A DNA stretch of 64,000 nt, taken from contig NC_043006.1 of assembly GCF_006345805.1 (NCBI RefSeq), forward strand, positions 100,378,001-100,442,000, given 5' to 3'. Below the pieces are notes generated by a model. It worked only from the letters and a program-made list of their open reading frames with translations, was not told where the DNA came from and ran no database searches. The number at the start of each line of letters is the position of its first letter. The first letter of the stretch is position 1. Positions 26,499 through 40,800 of the stretch are shown piece after piece. The position numbers were made by a program, and so were the translations under genes. Origin of the DNA: Octopus sinensis (lineage: Eukaryota).

Positions 26499-26888
26499 CT
26501 AGCAGTATCGCCCGGCGTTGCTAGGGTTTGTTTCGACCGTTTAGAATTGGAATTTTTGAAAAGTAAAACTTTTGCATTATGTAGCTTGTTATTCTCTTTA
26601 AGTGAACATTTTTGTAGTTAAAAATACATCGAAAACTGGCGACTCAGCAGTCAAAAAATCGTAAAAGACAGGGATTTTCTTAGACAAAAATCACCTTTTT
26701 TGGTGTAAATAATTTTTGGTGTTAACATGGTCCGATTTGAATGTTTTCTTCTACGGAAGGACGAGCAAGCCTTCTTCTGTCATACTCTCAATTTTGGTCA
26801 ACTTGCGCTGCAGGGTCTCGGAGGAGTGTTAGTTGAAGGCTACCAAACCTGCCATACACAGACAACTTCAGCTTTATATATAGAGAGA
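26499..26888 (-). mobile_element. Complete short non-autonomous Helitron (390 bp)
   Basis: Minus strand A|TCTCTCTATATATAAAGC...CAACGCCGGGCGATACTGCTAG|T: 5' TC, 3' CTAG with a GC-rich subterminal motif, inserted between A and T with no TSD. Confidence 0.8.
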
Positions 26889-26894
26889 TTATCA

Positions 26895-27090
26895 AGTAAG
26901 GGAACTGGCAGAATAATGATCAATCCGGACAAAATCATTTGCCGCATTTCTTCCGGTGTTACGTTCTAAGTTCGAACTTTGTTGAGGTCGACCTTGCCTT
27001 TCGGAGTCGATATATACGCACCAATCATATATTTGGGGAAGATGTAGCTGCCTCCACTAAAATTTCAGGCTTTGTGCCCTCTGTAGAGAT
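26895..27090 (+). mobile_element. Diverged family B SINE
   Basis: CTGGCAGAAT head, GAGGTCGACCTTGCCTTTCGG core remnant. Confidence 0.6.
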
Positions 27091-27374
27091 AATTCGAGTG
27101 ATAAACGTAAAAATCATAAGTAGCTTTTGGACTTTTATAGGTTCAAGGTTATGGTGTGCAGTATTATACGGAAAATATGTAGTATACACGTTGGTAATGC
27201 AATTGACTCCAACACAACAAAGTATTTATGTTATGCAATGCCGTGAGAAGATGTAGAAATGAAAGGACGTGAAGAAAGAGCAGATATAATTTCAAGAATA
27301 AATTTACATATTTGCTTTAAGATGTTTATTGGTATGGTTGTTATAAATATATAATAAATCATTTCTTTTTTTAT

Positions 27375-27655
27375 GTGCCCTTTTCAAGCCTAGCCAGGCT
27401 CATAGGCCCGGTTTCCCCGTTTCTGTGGCGTATGTCTTTACCCCAGCTGGATGGGACGCCAAAAAACAGGAAGAAAGAGTGAGAGAAAGTTGGGGCGAAA
27501 GAGTTCAACGGGGATCGCACCCTCCCCTGCCGGAGGCTCATGAAGCTTTAGGTGTTTTCACTTAATAAACACATGCAACGCCTGGTCTGCAAATCGAAAC
27601 CGCGATCCTCCGACCGCGAATCTGCTGCTCCAACCACTGGGCCATTGCACCTCCA
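27375..27655 (-). mobile_element. tRNA-derived SINE, family D
   Basis: Minus-strand head TGGAGGTGCAATGGCCCAGTGGTTGG...GGTTTCGATT; related to 28320 and 60360. Confidence 0.8.
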
Positions 27656-27699
27656 AACATACATACATATAAACATATAATACATACACGCACATACGC

Positions 27700-27778
<79 letters not shown>

Positions 27779-27860
27779 AATTTATATTAATAAGGATAAT
27801 ATTGTTTCTTTAAATACCGATCATATCACGTGGCTAACATGGGAATAGTTAAGGTAAGTT

Positions 27861-28046
27861 AAATAAAATATTTTTACTTTCGACACATGTTTCGAAAATT
27901 CCACTGATACTATTCAAAAGAGTTTTGATGAGTTTCGTTTTTTTCACTTTCCTGAAGAGAAGATTGCATTGTTTGTACCATTTATTCTTTTGAATAGTAT
28001 CAGTGGAATTTTCGAAACGTGTGTCCAAAGTAAAAATATTTGATTT
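27861..28046. repeat. 61-bp-arm imperfect inverted repeat between two (TA)n tracts
   Basis: 27861-27921 vs 27986-28046, 3 mismatches. Confidence 0.9.
27942..28035 (+). ncRNA. Type I hammerhead ribozyme candidate with a mismatch at the base of helix I
   Basis: CTGAAGA 27952-27958; helix II GAAGATT/AATTTTC; GAAA 28014-28017; helix III ACG/TGT; GTC 28023-28025; helix I ACTTT/AAAGT with a C-C mismatch next to the core. Confidence 0.55.
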
Positions 28047-28319
28047 ACACCTGCGTTAAGGTCCATTTATATATTATTATATAATATATATATATATTAT
28101 ATATATATATATATATAATATATATAATATATATATATATATAATATATATATGTCTCAGGGGTTCAACAGGCAGATCACAACAGTTAGACAAAGCCGAA
28201 CAAACCGAAAATTAGAGGAAAAATTCACGGTCGGGGAATATAGACAAAAACATGTTACGCTCAATATTGACAGCTGAGTTTTCCTCCTCAGTCAATGAAT
28301 CATATATATACGTATATAT

Positions 28320-28615
28320 ATCACGTGACCGACCAGACCATCAGATGTTGATACACATCGCTGGTCACAATGCGTTCGCATTGTTTTAGCCTTCGAATGA
28401 CGCCACCCCGCTGGCTAAGCGAGCAGGCCAACTGAAGAAAGAGTGAGAGAAAGAGTGGTGAAGGAGTACAGCAGGGATCACCACCTCCTGCCGGAGCCTC
28501 GTGGAGCTTTTATGTGTTTTCGCTCAATAAACACACAGAACGCCCGGTCTGGGAATCGAAACCGCGATCCTACGACCGCAAGTCCGCTGCCCTAACCACT
28601 AGGCCATGGCGCCTC

Positions 28616-28617
<2 letters not shown>
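28320..28617 (-). mobile_element. Family D SINE
   Basis: Minus-strand head TGGAGGCGCCATGGCCTAGTGGTTAG...GGTTTCGATTCC. Confidence 0.85.
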
Positions 28618-28653
<36 letters not shown>

Positions 28654-28674
28654 ATAATAAATATATATATATGC

Positions 28675-28802
<128 letters not shown>

Positions 28803-29616
28803 CATATATATATTATATATATAGTTTGTCACGCCAATCTGATTACGCTAAACGCTAAACTATAAGTATTTATAAACACGCGATAATAAAATGTATGTAT
28901 AACTCCATAACAAGCTCTTGGAAAAGACCAGACATAACCTAGCAGCCTCTATTGTGCTATTGACTTACACAACGCATAATTTTTAAAACAAACCACCGGA
29001 GAGTAACAAGCAAAGACACGGTTATAAAGTATATATATCCACTGTGGGTCTCCATGTGCGTTTGTATATATGCAACTGGCTCCATTTAATATATTTTGTG
29101 CATCATCCGCTGTCGCCTGATTTACATTCCGAATACCACATTTTTGTATGATCGTAACATCGCCGAACTCACGTAATACTTAGGGAAATAATTATCATGA
29201 GCATTAATAAGAATTTCTTTCTCGTTTTTTAGAAAATCTTTTCCGTAGAATTTATATAATAATGTGCCGTGCAGGTTGTGATAATGTACATTTTATTAAT
29301 TAAAATAAATAATTGCAGGATACAGTCTACAACATTTTATATGTGTCAAGGTATAGCAGATCATTTGTAATTCTGATTCAATATATATGAGGTAGGATGT
29401 AAGATAAAAATAAAAGACTATACTTCGCATAAAGATGGCGAATTTCCAAATGAATTGTTAGAAGCAAAAACAAGAAAATATTATTTCTAACTTTCTTTAG
29501 AATCAGATAAAAACTTCGACCATATTTTGTTCTTTCTTTACATATTTAGCAATTTGAGAAAATTCTAAAAATAATATTTCTTTATACTGATACGCACAAA
29601 GACTTGCACATGGAAG

Positions 29617-29650
<34 letters not shown>

Positions 29651-30044
29651 CGCACACACACACGCACACACACACATACGCACGCGCAAAAACAAACACA
29701 CATATACACACATGTAGATATACATAGATGTATATGCATGCAAGCATATATTTATTTATATATGTGAATTTCTACATTTATGTACTTTATCTATACGTTT
29801 CAATTTTTAATACAAAATGGAATATTCTACACGCAAACAAATTCATCTAAATCTGAACAAATTGTAAATTCAAAACAGAAATATTGATCTGAGCGTTTAA
29901 TGCAAAACAAAAAAGCAAAGCGTAAATGTGTGTGTGTGTATGCGTGTGTGTATGTGTATGTGTATGTGATATGTTTATATAATATTTAAATATATATATT
30001 TATAATATATATAATATTATATAGTATATAATATATATTATATA

Positions 30045-30076
<32 letters not shown>

Positions 30077-30121
30077 TATTATAATAATATATTACATAAA
30101 ATATATATGATATTATATTAT

Positions 30122-30154
<33 letters not shown>

Positions 30155-30941
30155 TATATATTTAATGTGTATGTATGTAGGTAGTATTAATGTATGTTTA
30201 TATACATGCCTGGATATATATGTACTCAGACTCTCACACAAATATGCGTGTGTCCTGACATATACAGAGGGGAATAGAAACAGTAAACCACATAGACTGA
30301 TAGTTAAGTGCGTATACACGTAAATATAATTATGCACACACATATTTCTGTGCATGCGTGAGTGAATGTGTGTTGTTTGCACGCGTGCGTGTGTATGTGT
30401 CTGTGTAAGTATGTGTGTGCATATATAATCTTTTAAACATTGATATTTACGTACATTCATATGTATGTGCGCTAAAAGCTACACAGAAAGAAGAGAAATG
30501 CTTCGAAATAACTTATACATAATAAAAATACGAGCGATTATTTGTAGTGAAATACGGAGATAAAGACATAATGTAAAATACCAGAAAAAACAAGTAATTT
30601 ACTGAATGTTACTTTACTATTATTTTTGCTTTATCTGTTTATGAGTTCTGTTGAGTCTTTTTCCATGGCTTGATTTAGAAAAAGAAGTTTTCTTCCCAAC
30701 CAACTCTACGCTTTTTTCGTTTAGTTTGCTATATATGAACTGCAGAAGAAACACAAAAAAATATTTCGTGGGGGGTATTTATTTTTTCATTAATTTTGTT
30801 TTCCTTATTTGCTGAAAAATGAAAATGGGAAAGAAAATACTAGAATAACCCATATATATGTATGTGTGTGTGTGTGTGTGTGTATGCATGTATGTATGTA
30901 TAAATTATATAAACATATATATAAATAGATATATAGTTATA

Positions 30942-31006
<65 letters not shown>

Positions 31007-31360
31007 ATACAAAAGAAGATTAATACACAATCTCTTTAACATGATGACGATGATGGTGTTGATAAAAAATAATAATAATGCTAATAATAATAACAATAAT
31101 AACAATAATGATTATAATGGTAATAAGGATAATAATAACCACAGTGGTAAACCTGATCCACACGCACACACGCACACACAAGCATATACACGAACGCACA
31201 CACCAACACAGCCACACACGTATATACATACACTAAATCCTGAACCATTCTCTGTAAAACTTCATAAAAGATTGTATTATGTATGTATAAGTGTAGGTGA
31301 AAATGTACGTGCTTATATGTGTAGGTACGTGTCTACGTCTGTATATATATGCATAATATA

Positions 31361-31392
<32 letters not shown>

Positions 31393-31857
31393 CGTGTGTC
31401 TGTCTGTGTGTGTAAATAGCAATATATACGTACACAGAAAGTAAAAAGGGAGAGAGGTGAAAATATGGATGAAGGTACATGGATTATTAAATGTTTATGT
31501 TCGTTTTCTTCATTTTCCATCCTCATTGATCCATTTGCAGTAGTAATAAGAAATAAATGTATCTATACAATTGCGTGCATGTGTGCCCCTGTGTGTGCAT
31601 GTATGCGTGTGTGATTGTGTGTGTGTGTGTGTGTGGTGTGTGTGTGTGTGTTGTGTTTTGCGCCAGTGAAATATGAGGACTGTGTTTTTACAAGCAAGTA
31701 TGTGTGTCATTCTACACCCATAGGAGCACATATAAATGAAAGTGTTAAAACAGAATATATACCAGCACACCAAACATCATATACATGCGTTCGGGTGTCC
31801 GGGACGCGTGTATCTATACATACATCTATACATACATACCTACATACACACACACAC

Positions 31858-31905
<48 letters not shown>

Positions 31906-32179
31906 TATACGTACATACTGCGTATATGTATATATGTATGCACATACATATATATACATATACATATACAAATATATCTATATAAATATAAATGGCGTTG
32001 CTCCATCATGGCCACAGCTCATGAGCTGAAACTGGAAAAATCAAAATCAAAATCATATATATATATATATTCACCTAAATAGTTTTGTGTATATATGCAT
32101 ATCACGTGTACATTTATGGATGTGTATGTACTCAATATGCTGTACAACTTGTGATTATAATAATGTACACAGATTTATA

Positions 32180-32379
32180 TATTCTTTTACTTGTTTCAGT
32201 CATTTGACTGCGGCCTTATTCTTTTTAAGCTTGGTACATATTCTATCGGTCTCTTTTAACCGAACCGTTTACGTTACGGTTTTTTGCAATGGGGACGTAA
32301 ACCACACCCCATCGGTTATCAAGCAAGTTGCGGGGACAAACACATACACACACACATTCGTACGTGCATATATAAATAT

Positions 32380-32435
<56 letters not shown>

Positions 32436-32735
32436 CACGCATGTACGAAAGCATATATGTATATATATATATCCATATATATATATGTATATACCCACAC
32501 AACATACATACATATATACATATATACATATATGCATATATACATATACAATATATATATTATATATATATATATACATACATATATATGGCTTCTTTCA
32601 TTCAGTTTCCGTCTAATCAAGGCTGAGGTCGGCCCGAGTACCGAGTGCCCAAAGTTCCATGCATGGGACTGAACCCGAACAATGTTGTTGGTAAAGAAGC
32701 TACTTACCAAAACACAGCCGCCACTCCTGCGCCCT
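32180..32735 (-). mobile_element. Diverged family A SINE with an expanded internal (TA)n tract
   Basis: CTTGTTTCAGTCATTTGACTGCGGCC at the left end; GCTACTTACC...CAGCCGCCACTCCTGCGCC at the right end. Confidence 0.8.
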
Positions 32736-32772
32736 ATAAATGTACACACACACACACACACACACCCACACA

Positions 32773-32811
<39 letters not shown>

Positions 32812-32839
32812 TATATATAATATATATTATATATATATA

Positions 32840-32862
32840 TAGATAGATAGATAGATAGATAT

Positions 32863-32895
<33 letters not shown>

Positions 32896-33130
32896 GATGA
32901 TAGATAGATAGATAGATAGATATAGATATAGATGATAGATAGATAGAGTGATAGATAGATAGAGTGATATATAGATGATAGATGATAGATAATAATAGAT
33001 AATAGATAGATAGATAGATTAGATAGATAGATAGATAGATACATGGATAGATAGATATAGATAGATAGATAGATGAGATAGATAGATAGATAGATGATAT
33101 ATAATAGATAGATAGATAGATATAGATATA
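32840..33130. repeat. (GATA)n microsatellite
   Basis: Direct inspection. Confidence 0.92.
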
Positions 33131-34699
33131 AGTATTTTACTACATTATATAATTTTGTCTTTATTTTCGTTTTCTTTATTTCACGTTGTTTATTTTGCTA
33201 ATGCCTTCCTAATCCTTTGTTATTTTCTGAATTGGGACATAATATTACTTTCGTAACTTTTGTGCGAAACTACATACGGTTTTGCAACTGAAAATTATTG
33301 ACAATCCCGAAAACTCACTGGTTGGATTAATGCTCATAACACAGAGGGATGTAGTCTCTTTATTTCCATCACTCAGATCAGATTTGCGAAAATATTGATG
33401 GTTTCTGTTGGATCAGTCTCCATATACCATGATGTATATAAAGATCACCATGTGAATCAGCATAAAGATTTCTCCTTGGTTTTCATTGAAAACTTATTTT
33501 CCACTTTGCTCATCTTTATGCAGTAATTTCCCCCGCACAACATTCATTTCAGTCGTAGATATATTGATTTCATACATTGTCACAAAGACATATATTTATA
33601 AAGGAAAGAGAGTACAAAACGCTGTGACATTTTTACCGTTCTCAAAAGCCCTAACGTTGTGTATGAAATAAATCAGCTCTAACAAGCTATTGGAACTGTT
33701 GCACGCATGACCGATCTCAGTGAAAGCTTATTTCTTGCCCTTTCTCTTTTTCCTTCCCTTTCTCTCTCTCTCTCCTTAGACTCTCTCTCCTCCTCCTCCT
33801 CTCTCTCTCTCTCTAGGTATCTCGTCTTCAGTATACATACCCACACACACAGACATACACACAAACGAGCTGCTATCGACAACGAGCGAACATCGATGCA
33901 TTCCTTTATATTTAGCTATTCAAGCACAATATTTCAAACATTACTTTGTGCTTTGATAATTTGCGCTTGTATAATGATGAATGTCACTCACAAGTACTGT
34001 GTGTGTTTCTTTGTGTGTGTATTTGTGTGTGCGTATGTATGAGTGTATTTGTGTGTGCATGAGTGTGTGTATTTGTCTATGTATGTGTGTGGGTGTATTT
34101 CTCTGTGCATGTGAATGTGTGTGTGTGTGTATTTTGCTAGCTTTCACAAGTTACCAGACACTATCTTTAGAGGAGAATCTCATCTGCAAGTTTTAAACTA
34201 GTATGAGTTGTGGATCTTTTTAAGGGCTTGTCAAAAGATGCGTGAACATTTAAGAAAATATTTGCTCGCAATATTGGATTTAACCTCTTAGTCCTTGGTT
34301 GTGAAAATATTGTGCATAGCAGCGGCTGACTACCCGAAGTGTGTACGTTTAACTCTGTGGTCTTTACATAAGTGCACAGCATAAGTATACATATATGGGG
34401 GTGGGCGTGTCCGTTCGTATATGTATTTATAGGAATATAACAAATTAATAGGAATATAAATCGAATATTCAGAATAATGCCGCAAAATATAATGCTTCTT
34501 CTCTTGAAGACATTTGTTTTTGGCTACCTCAAAGCAATGGTTGTCTAATTCTACCAAACTAACTCCTGAATAGAACGCATTAAAATGACGTATGCAAAAA
34601 CAATTGGTTCCTTGCAGCATATCATTTACTGGGAAACGTTGAAATTTGAAGGTGGTATTCTTTGGAACAGGAACGTGATTATGCAATCATCTATATTTA

Positions 34700-34858
34700 G
34701 GAGTGGCTGTGTGGTAAGTAGCTTGCTAACCAGCCACATGGTTCCGGGTTCAGTCCCACTGCGTGGCATCTTGGGCAAGTGTCTTCTGCTATAGCCCCGG
34801 GCCGACCAATGCCTTGTGAGTGGATTTGGTAGACGGAAACTGAAAGAAGCCTGTCGTA

Positions 34859-34905
<47 letters not shown>

Positions 34906-35110
34906 TTGTGTGTCTGTGTTTCTAGCCCTAGCATTGCTTGACAACCGATGCTGGTGTGCTTACGTCCCCGTCAGCTAGCGGTTGGGCAAAAAGAGACCGA
35001 TAGAATAAGTACTGGGCTTACAAAGAATAAGTCCCGGGGTCGATTTGTTCGACTAAAGGCGGTGCTCCAGCATGGCCGCAGTCAAATGACTGAAACAAGG
35101 AAAAGAGTAA
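34700..35110 (+). mobile_element. Family A SINE
   Basis: Matches 15448-15863. Confidence 0.92.
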
Positions 35111-35569
35111 TATATATACTGAAAACCATGTATATAAGCAATATGGGAGTGACTGTATTGCTCCATAATATTCATAATCTTCCTATCAAATCACAGCAAG
35201 ATTATACAGTTGTATATACAGTATACGCGTATGCACATTATACATTTTATACACGTATTTTTAAAAACCTAATGCTCTTTCACGACTGTATATTGTTTTA
35301 ATTTAAACCAACTGCTTCCCAAATTTGCAAATATTGTGGTTACTGATTTCTATTTGGAACGAAGATGCTGATTAAACTCAAAGCGTCCTAGTATGGTGTC
35401 ACAGAGAAAGATAAATCAGCCTTAAACACCTATTCTGATTAGATTTGATGCTTTCCTTGGTGAGTTCTCTGTTCTTAACACCTAAATTCTCCTTTGTTTA
35501 AAGAAACAAAGCATTACATCTAGTGATCCATGCATACATACATGCATGCAAATATATACATATAGTATC

Positions 35570-36125
35570 GCGGCGAGCTGGCAGAACTGTTAGCACGCCG
35601 GGCGAAATGCATAACCGTATTTCGTCTGCCGTTGCGTTCTGAGTTCAAATTCCGCCGAGGACGACTTTGCCTTTCATCCTTTCGGGGTCGATAAGTTAAA
35701 AAAAAGATGAAGGCGGCGAGCTGGTAGAAACGTTAACACGCCGGGCGAAATGCTTAGCGGTATTTTGTCTGCCGTTACGTTCTGAGTTCAAATTCCGCCG
35801 AGGTTGACTTTGCCTTTCATCCTTTTGGGGTCGATAAATTTAGGACTAGTTACGCACTGGGGTCGATATAATCGACTTAATCCGTTTGTCTGTCCTTGTT
35901 TGTCCTCTCTGTGTTTAGCCCCTTGTGGGTAGTAAAGAAATAGGTATTTCGTCTGCCGTTACGTTCTGAGTTCAAATTCCGTCGAAGTCGACTTTGCCTT
36001 TCATCCTTTCGGGGTCGATTAAATAAGTAGCAGTTACGCACTGGGGTCGGTGTAATCGACTTAATCCCTTTGTCTGTCCTTGGTTTCCCCTCTATGTTTT
36101 GTTCCCTGTGGGCAATAAAGAAATA
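35570..36125 (+). mobile_element. Tandem trimer of family B SINE units
   Basis: Units at about 35571-35700, 35712-35942 and 35943-36123. Confidence 0.9.
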
Positions 36126-36192
36126 ATATATATACATATATAGAGAGAAACGGAGATACATAAATAGATAGATAGATACATATATATTCACT

Positions 36193-36271
<79 letters not shown>

Positions 36272-36384
36272 TATATATATTATACACATTTATAAATATA
36301 TACATAAAGATATACATCTACACACACACACGTTGGTGTATGTGTGTATGTATGTTTGTATGTATTTCGAGATATATGAAATTG

Positions 36385-37220
<836 letters not shown>

Positions 37221-37265
37221 TGAACTCATAAATCACAGAGTACTGTCAGCGCTATACATGTATTA

Positions 37266-37497
37266 GGCGGCGAGTTGGCAGAATCGTTAGCACGCCGGGC
37301 GAAAAGCGTAGCCGTATTTCGTCTGCCGTTACGTTCTGAGTTCAAATTCCGCCGAGGTCGACTTTAGCCTTCATCCTTTCGGGGTCGATAAATAAAGTAC
37401 CAGTTACGCACTGGGGTCGATGTAATCTACTTAATCCGTTTGTCTGTCCTTGTTTATCCCCTCTGTGTTTAGCCCCTTGTAGGTAGTAAAGAAATAT
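37266..37497 (+). mobile_element. Family B SINE, full length
   Basis: GGCGGCGAGTTGGCAGAATCGTTAG...GTAGTAAAGAAATA. Confidence 0.9.
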
Positions 37498-37506
37498 ATA
37501 TACATG

Positions 37507-37552
<46 letters not shown>

Positions 37553-37944
37553 ATAATGTATGTCTTTTTTTTTATGCCCCTGTATTTTCGTGTCTTGTTC
37601 GGAGACACAAAAACGCAGAAACGAAAGGACAAAATTTACAAACGTAAAGACAGAATTTTGTATGTATTAAAAACACAAACCCCATTAATGGTTTAAGTTA
37701 CTTCATCTCCTCTCATTATCATTTTAATTATATAAATTTCACTGCATATACTCTAGAAGAGCAACAGGAAAAGACAGCCCTTTCAATTTGAAACCGAAAC
37801 ACCTGCTCGTTACTGTTTTTCTCCAACAAACCATTATAATACTCCCATGTTCTTTTTCAAACCTTTAATAATAAATTGTTTTTAATTTGTTTTTCATTCC
37901 CTGTTGCTAAATATTGTGGTGTATTTTTTAACTTCTTGTTTTGC

Positions 37945-38325
37945 GAAGGAAATGTGTGGTAAGCAGCTTGCTTTCCGACCACATGCATCCTGGTTCAATC
38001 CCACCGGGTGGAAACTTGGGTAAGTGTCTTCTACTATAGCCTCGGGCCGACCATAGTCCTGCCAGCAGATTTGGCAGAGGAAAACAGAAAGGGACATTTC
38101 GTATAAGTGTGAATGTGTATGTGTGTGTGTGTGTGTGTGTGTTTGTGTGTACGTGTATGTTGTCTTTGTATCTGTGTTTGTCCCCCTCCAGCGCTTGACA
38201 AGTGGAAAAAGAAAACGGGAAAATAAGCAACATGTTTAACAAGGTTAAAGACGGGGGTCAATTCATTTGATTAAAAACTTTTCAGCGCGGTGCTCCATCA
38301 TGGCCGCAGTGTAATGACTGAACCA
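37945..38325 (+). mobile_element. Diverged family A SINE
   Basis: TGTGTGGTAAGCAGCTTGC...GCGGTGCTCCATCATGGCCGCAG. Confidence 0.75.
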
Positions 38326-38587
38326 AATATAATATATAGTTCATCACGCATGCCTATCAATCCACGCTCCGTGGATTTCTTACATAGCTGTATATATCGT
38401 TGCTATTATGTTAATCTGTCGTAAGTCCAAATTTGGTGAAATCCGTTTTCTTTTTTCAATATTTATTTTTGCTTGCAATGGCCGGTTCTTTTGGACAAAG
38501 CATCGTATATCCACCTGCTTCAGATACCAGGGTATCAAAAATTCTCAAAGTGTACTACAACGGTTTTGCTATGGAATACTCTCATTA

Positions 38588-38985
38588 CTCTTTTACTTGT
38601 TTCAGTCATTTGACTGTGGCCATGTTGGAGCACCGCCTTTAGTCGAGCAAATTGACCCCAAGACTTATTCTTTGTAAGCCTAGTACTTATTCTATCGGTC
38701 TCTTTTGCCGAACCGCTAAGTTATGGTGACATAAACACTCCACCGTCGGATGTTGGGGGGGGGCAAACACAGACACACAAACATATTCACACCCACATAT
38801 ATACATATACATATATACGACGGGCTTCTTTCAGTTTCCGTCTACCAAATCCACTCACAAGACTTTGCTCGACCCGAGGCTATGGTAGAAGACACTTGCC
38901 CAAGGTGCCACGCACTGGGACTGAACCCAGAACCATGTGGTTCGTAAACGAGCTACTTACCACACAGCCACTCTTACGCCTATAT
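38588..38985 (-). mobile_element. Family A SINE
   Basis: Reverse complement of the family consensus seen in this window. Confidence 0.9.
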
Positions 38986-39002
38986 AAATAAATGCGCGCT
39001 TT

Positions 39003-39240
39003 TACGGCCTAGGCAGGCTCATGGGCCCGGTTTCCCATTTTCTATGACGTATGTGTTCCCTAGCTGGACGGGACGCCAGTCCATCGCAGCGTTACTCATT
39101 TTTGCCAGCTGAGTGGACTGGAGCAACGTGAGATGAAGTGTTTTGCTCAAGAACACAACGCGTCGCCCGGTCCAGGAATCGAAACCACAATCTTATGATC
39201 ATGATACTGACACCCTAACCACTAAGCCACGCGCCTCCAC
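39003..39240 (-). mobile_element. Family C SINE variant
   Basis: Minus-strand head GGAGGCGCGTGGCTTAGTGGTTAG; core TTCTTGAGCAAAACACTT. Confidence 0.85.
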
Positions 39241-39978
39241 TATAGTGAAACTATTTTCCCGTTTTCTGAAAAAGCAACGTTTTCGACTTTTGCGTAATAG
39301 CAGCGATGTATATCAAAATGCCTTACGTCATATGATGAAATAGTTTGCGGGAATGGCCTCTGAGACAGAAGCGATTTGAAACGCATGGCGTGAGCAAAGC
39401 TGGTCAAAACAATATAACATTATGCAGTGTAGACAATTGAATATGAAACTTTTCATGAGCAGAGTAAATAAAGCAGTAAGTAGTATTTACAATTTTTTTC
39501 AAGTGAAAAGTTATATTTCATTATATAATTAATGTTAATACGAAACAAATCCAATAATCACGATATAGTTCATATGTATGTATATATATATGTATGTATG
39601 TATGTAGGTATATATATATAATTATATACATATATAATATATATAATACATATATATAGATATATATATATATATAATATATATATTATTATAGAGATAT
39701 ATATATATATATTATATATATATATATATACACACCCATATATACTATTAGAGATATATATATATATATATATATATAGATATATATTGAGATATATTAT
39801 AATTCTATAGAGATGTGTATTATATATATATAGATAATATATCTTATATATATATGATATATATAATAATATATATACATATATATATACAGTTATATTA
39901 TACAGAATATATATAACATATATATATAACTATATATCTAGATCTCCTATATATATTATATATGTATTATATATATGG

Positions 39979-40021
<43 letters not shown>

Positions 40022-40099
40022 GTATATATATATATAATATATACTATATATATATATATCTATATATATGTATATATATGTATATATATAGTATTATAG

Positions 40100-40137
<38 letters not shown>

Positions 40138-40399
40138 TGTGTTTGTATGGGTGTTTTTGTATGTGAGTGTGTGTGTGCGCGCGCTCGCGTGCGTGCATGT
40201 GTGGGTACTAAAAATCAATAAGAATACAAAGTAGATATGGATAATTTTTCATTTATCGTGATTTCACTGATTATAAGAATAAAGAATTGAATATAATTAA
40301 TGTATGTATTAATGTATGTATATATGTATGTATGTATGTATGTATTATGTATGTTTGTATGTATGTATGTATGTATGTATGTATGTATGTGTGTATGTA

Positions 40400-40800
40400 T
40401 GTGTCTATAAATTTAGATAAAACTTAGATATGGTTCGACCAATATTTGGTCCAGGCCATGTCTAACTTAATAGCGCCACTTTATAAGATTATCTAAATCT
40501 TTTTAAAGTGAAGTTTTGTGGTATCATGGTCCATTCCAGTTGTGAGTTCTTATTGAATGTGTTGTATCCAGGTATAGGTGGCGTATCTGGTATTCCTTGA
40601 GGAAATTCGTCCAGATTCCGTTTAAAGGTGATGGGATCTTTTTCCTCTTTGATCACATTTGGGACAATAGGGCAGGGACTGTTGAGGAAAAGAAATTGTG
40701 TTGTAGTGTATTTCTGTATTGTGATTGGGTAGGGTCGTTATTTTTCAATTTCTGTTCTTTCTCTAAGAATTCAGATAATTCTTTGAAAGCAAAGTTTTGA
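40400..40800 (-). mobile_element. LINE (CR1/L2-group-like) extreme 3' fragment
   Basis: Minus frame FLNSPCPIVPNVIKEEKDPITFKRNLDEFPQGIPDTPPIPGYNTFNKNSQLEW resembles the C-terminal FKxxLDxxLxxIPDxP..GY...NS motif of such LINEs. Confidence 0.6.

Noticed and set aside
28255-28300. Minus-strand CTGAGGA...AGCTGTC hammerhead-like string
   Set aside because: Lacks a correctly placed GAAAC after helix II, and helix I does not pair.
38433-38642. Signal-peptide-like ORF (FFFQYLFLLAMAGSFGQ...)
   Set aside because: No ATG start, runs into a SINE, and hydrophobicity is explained by T-rich sequence.
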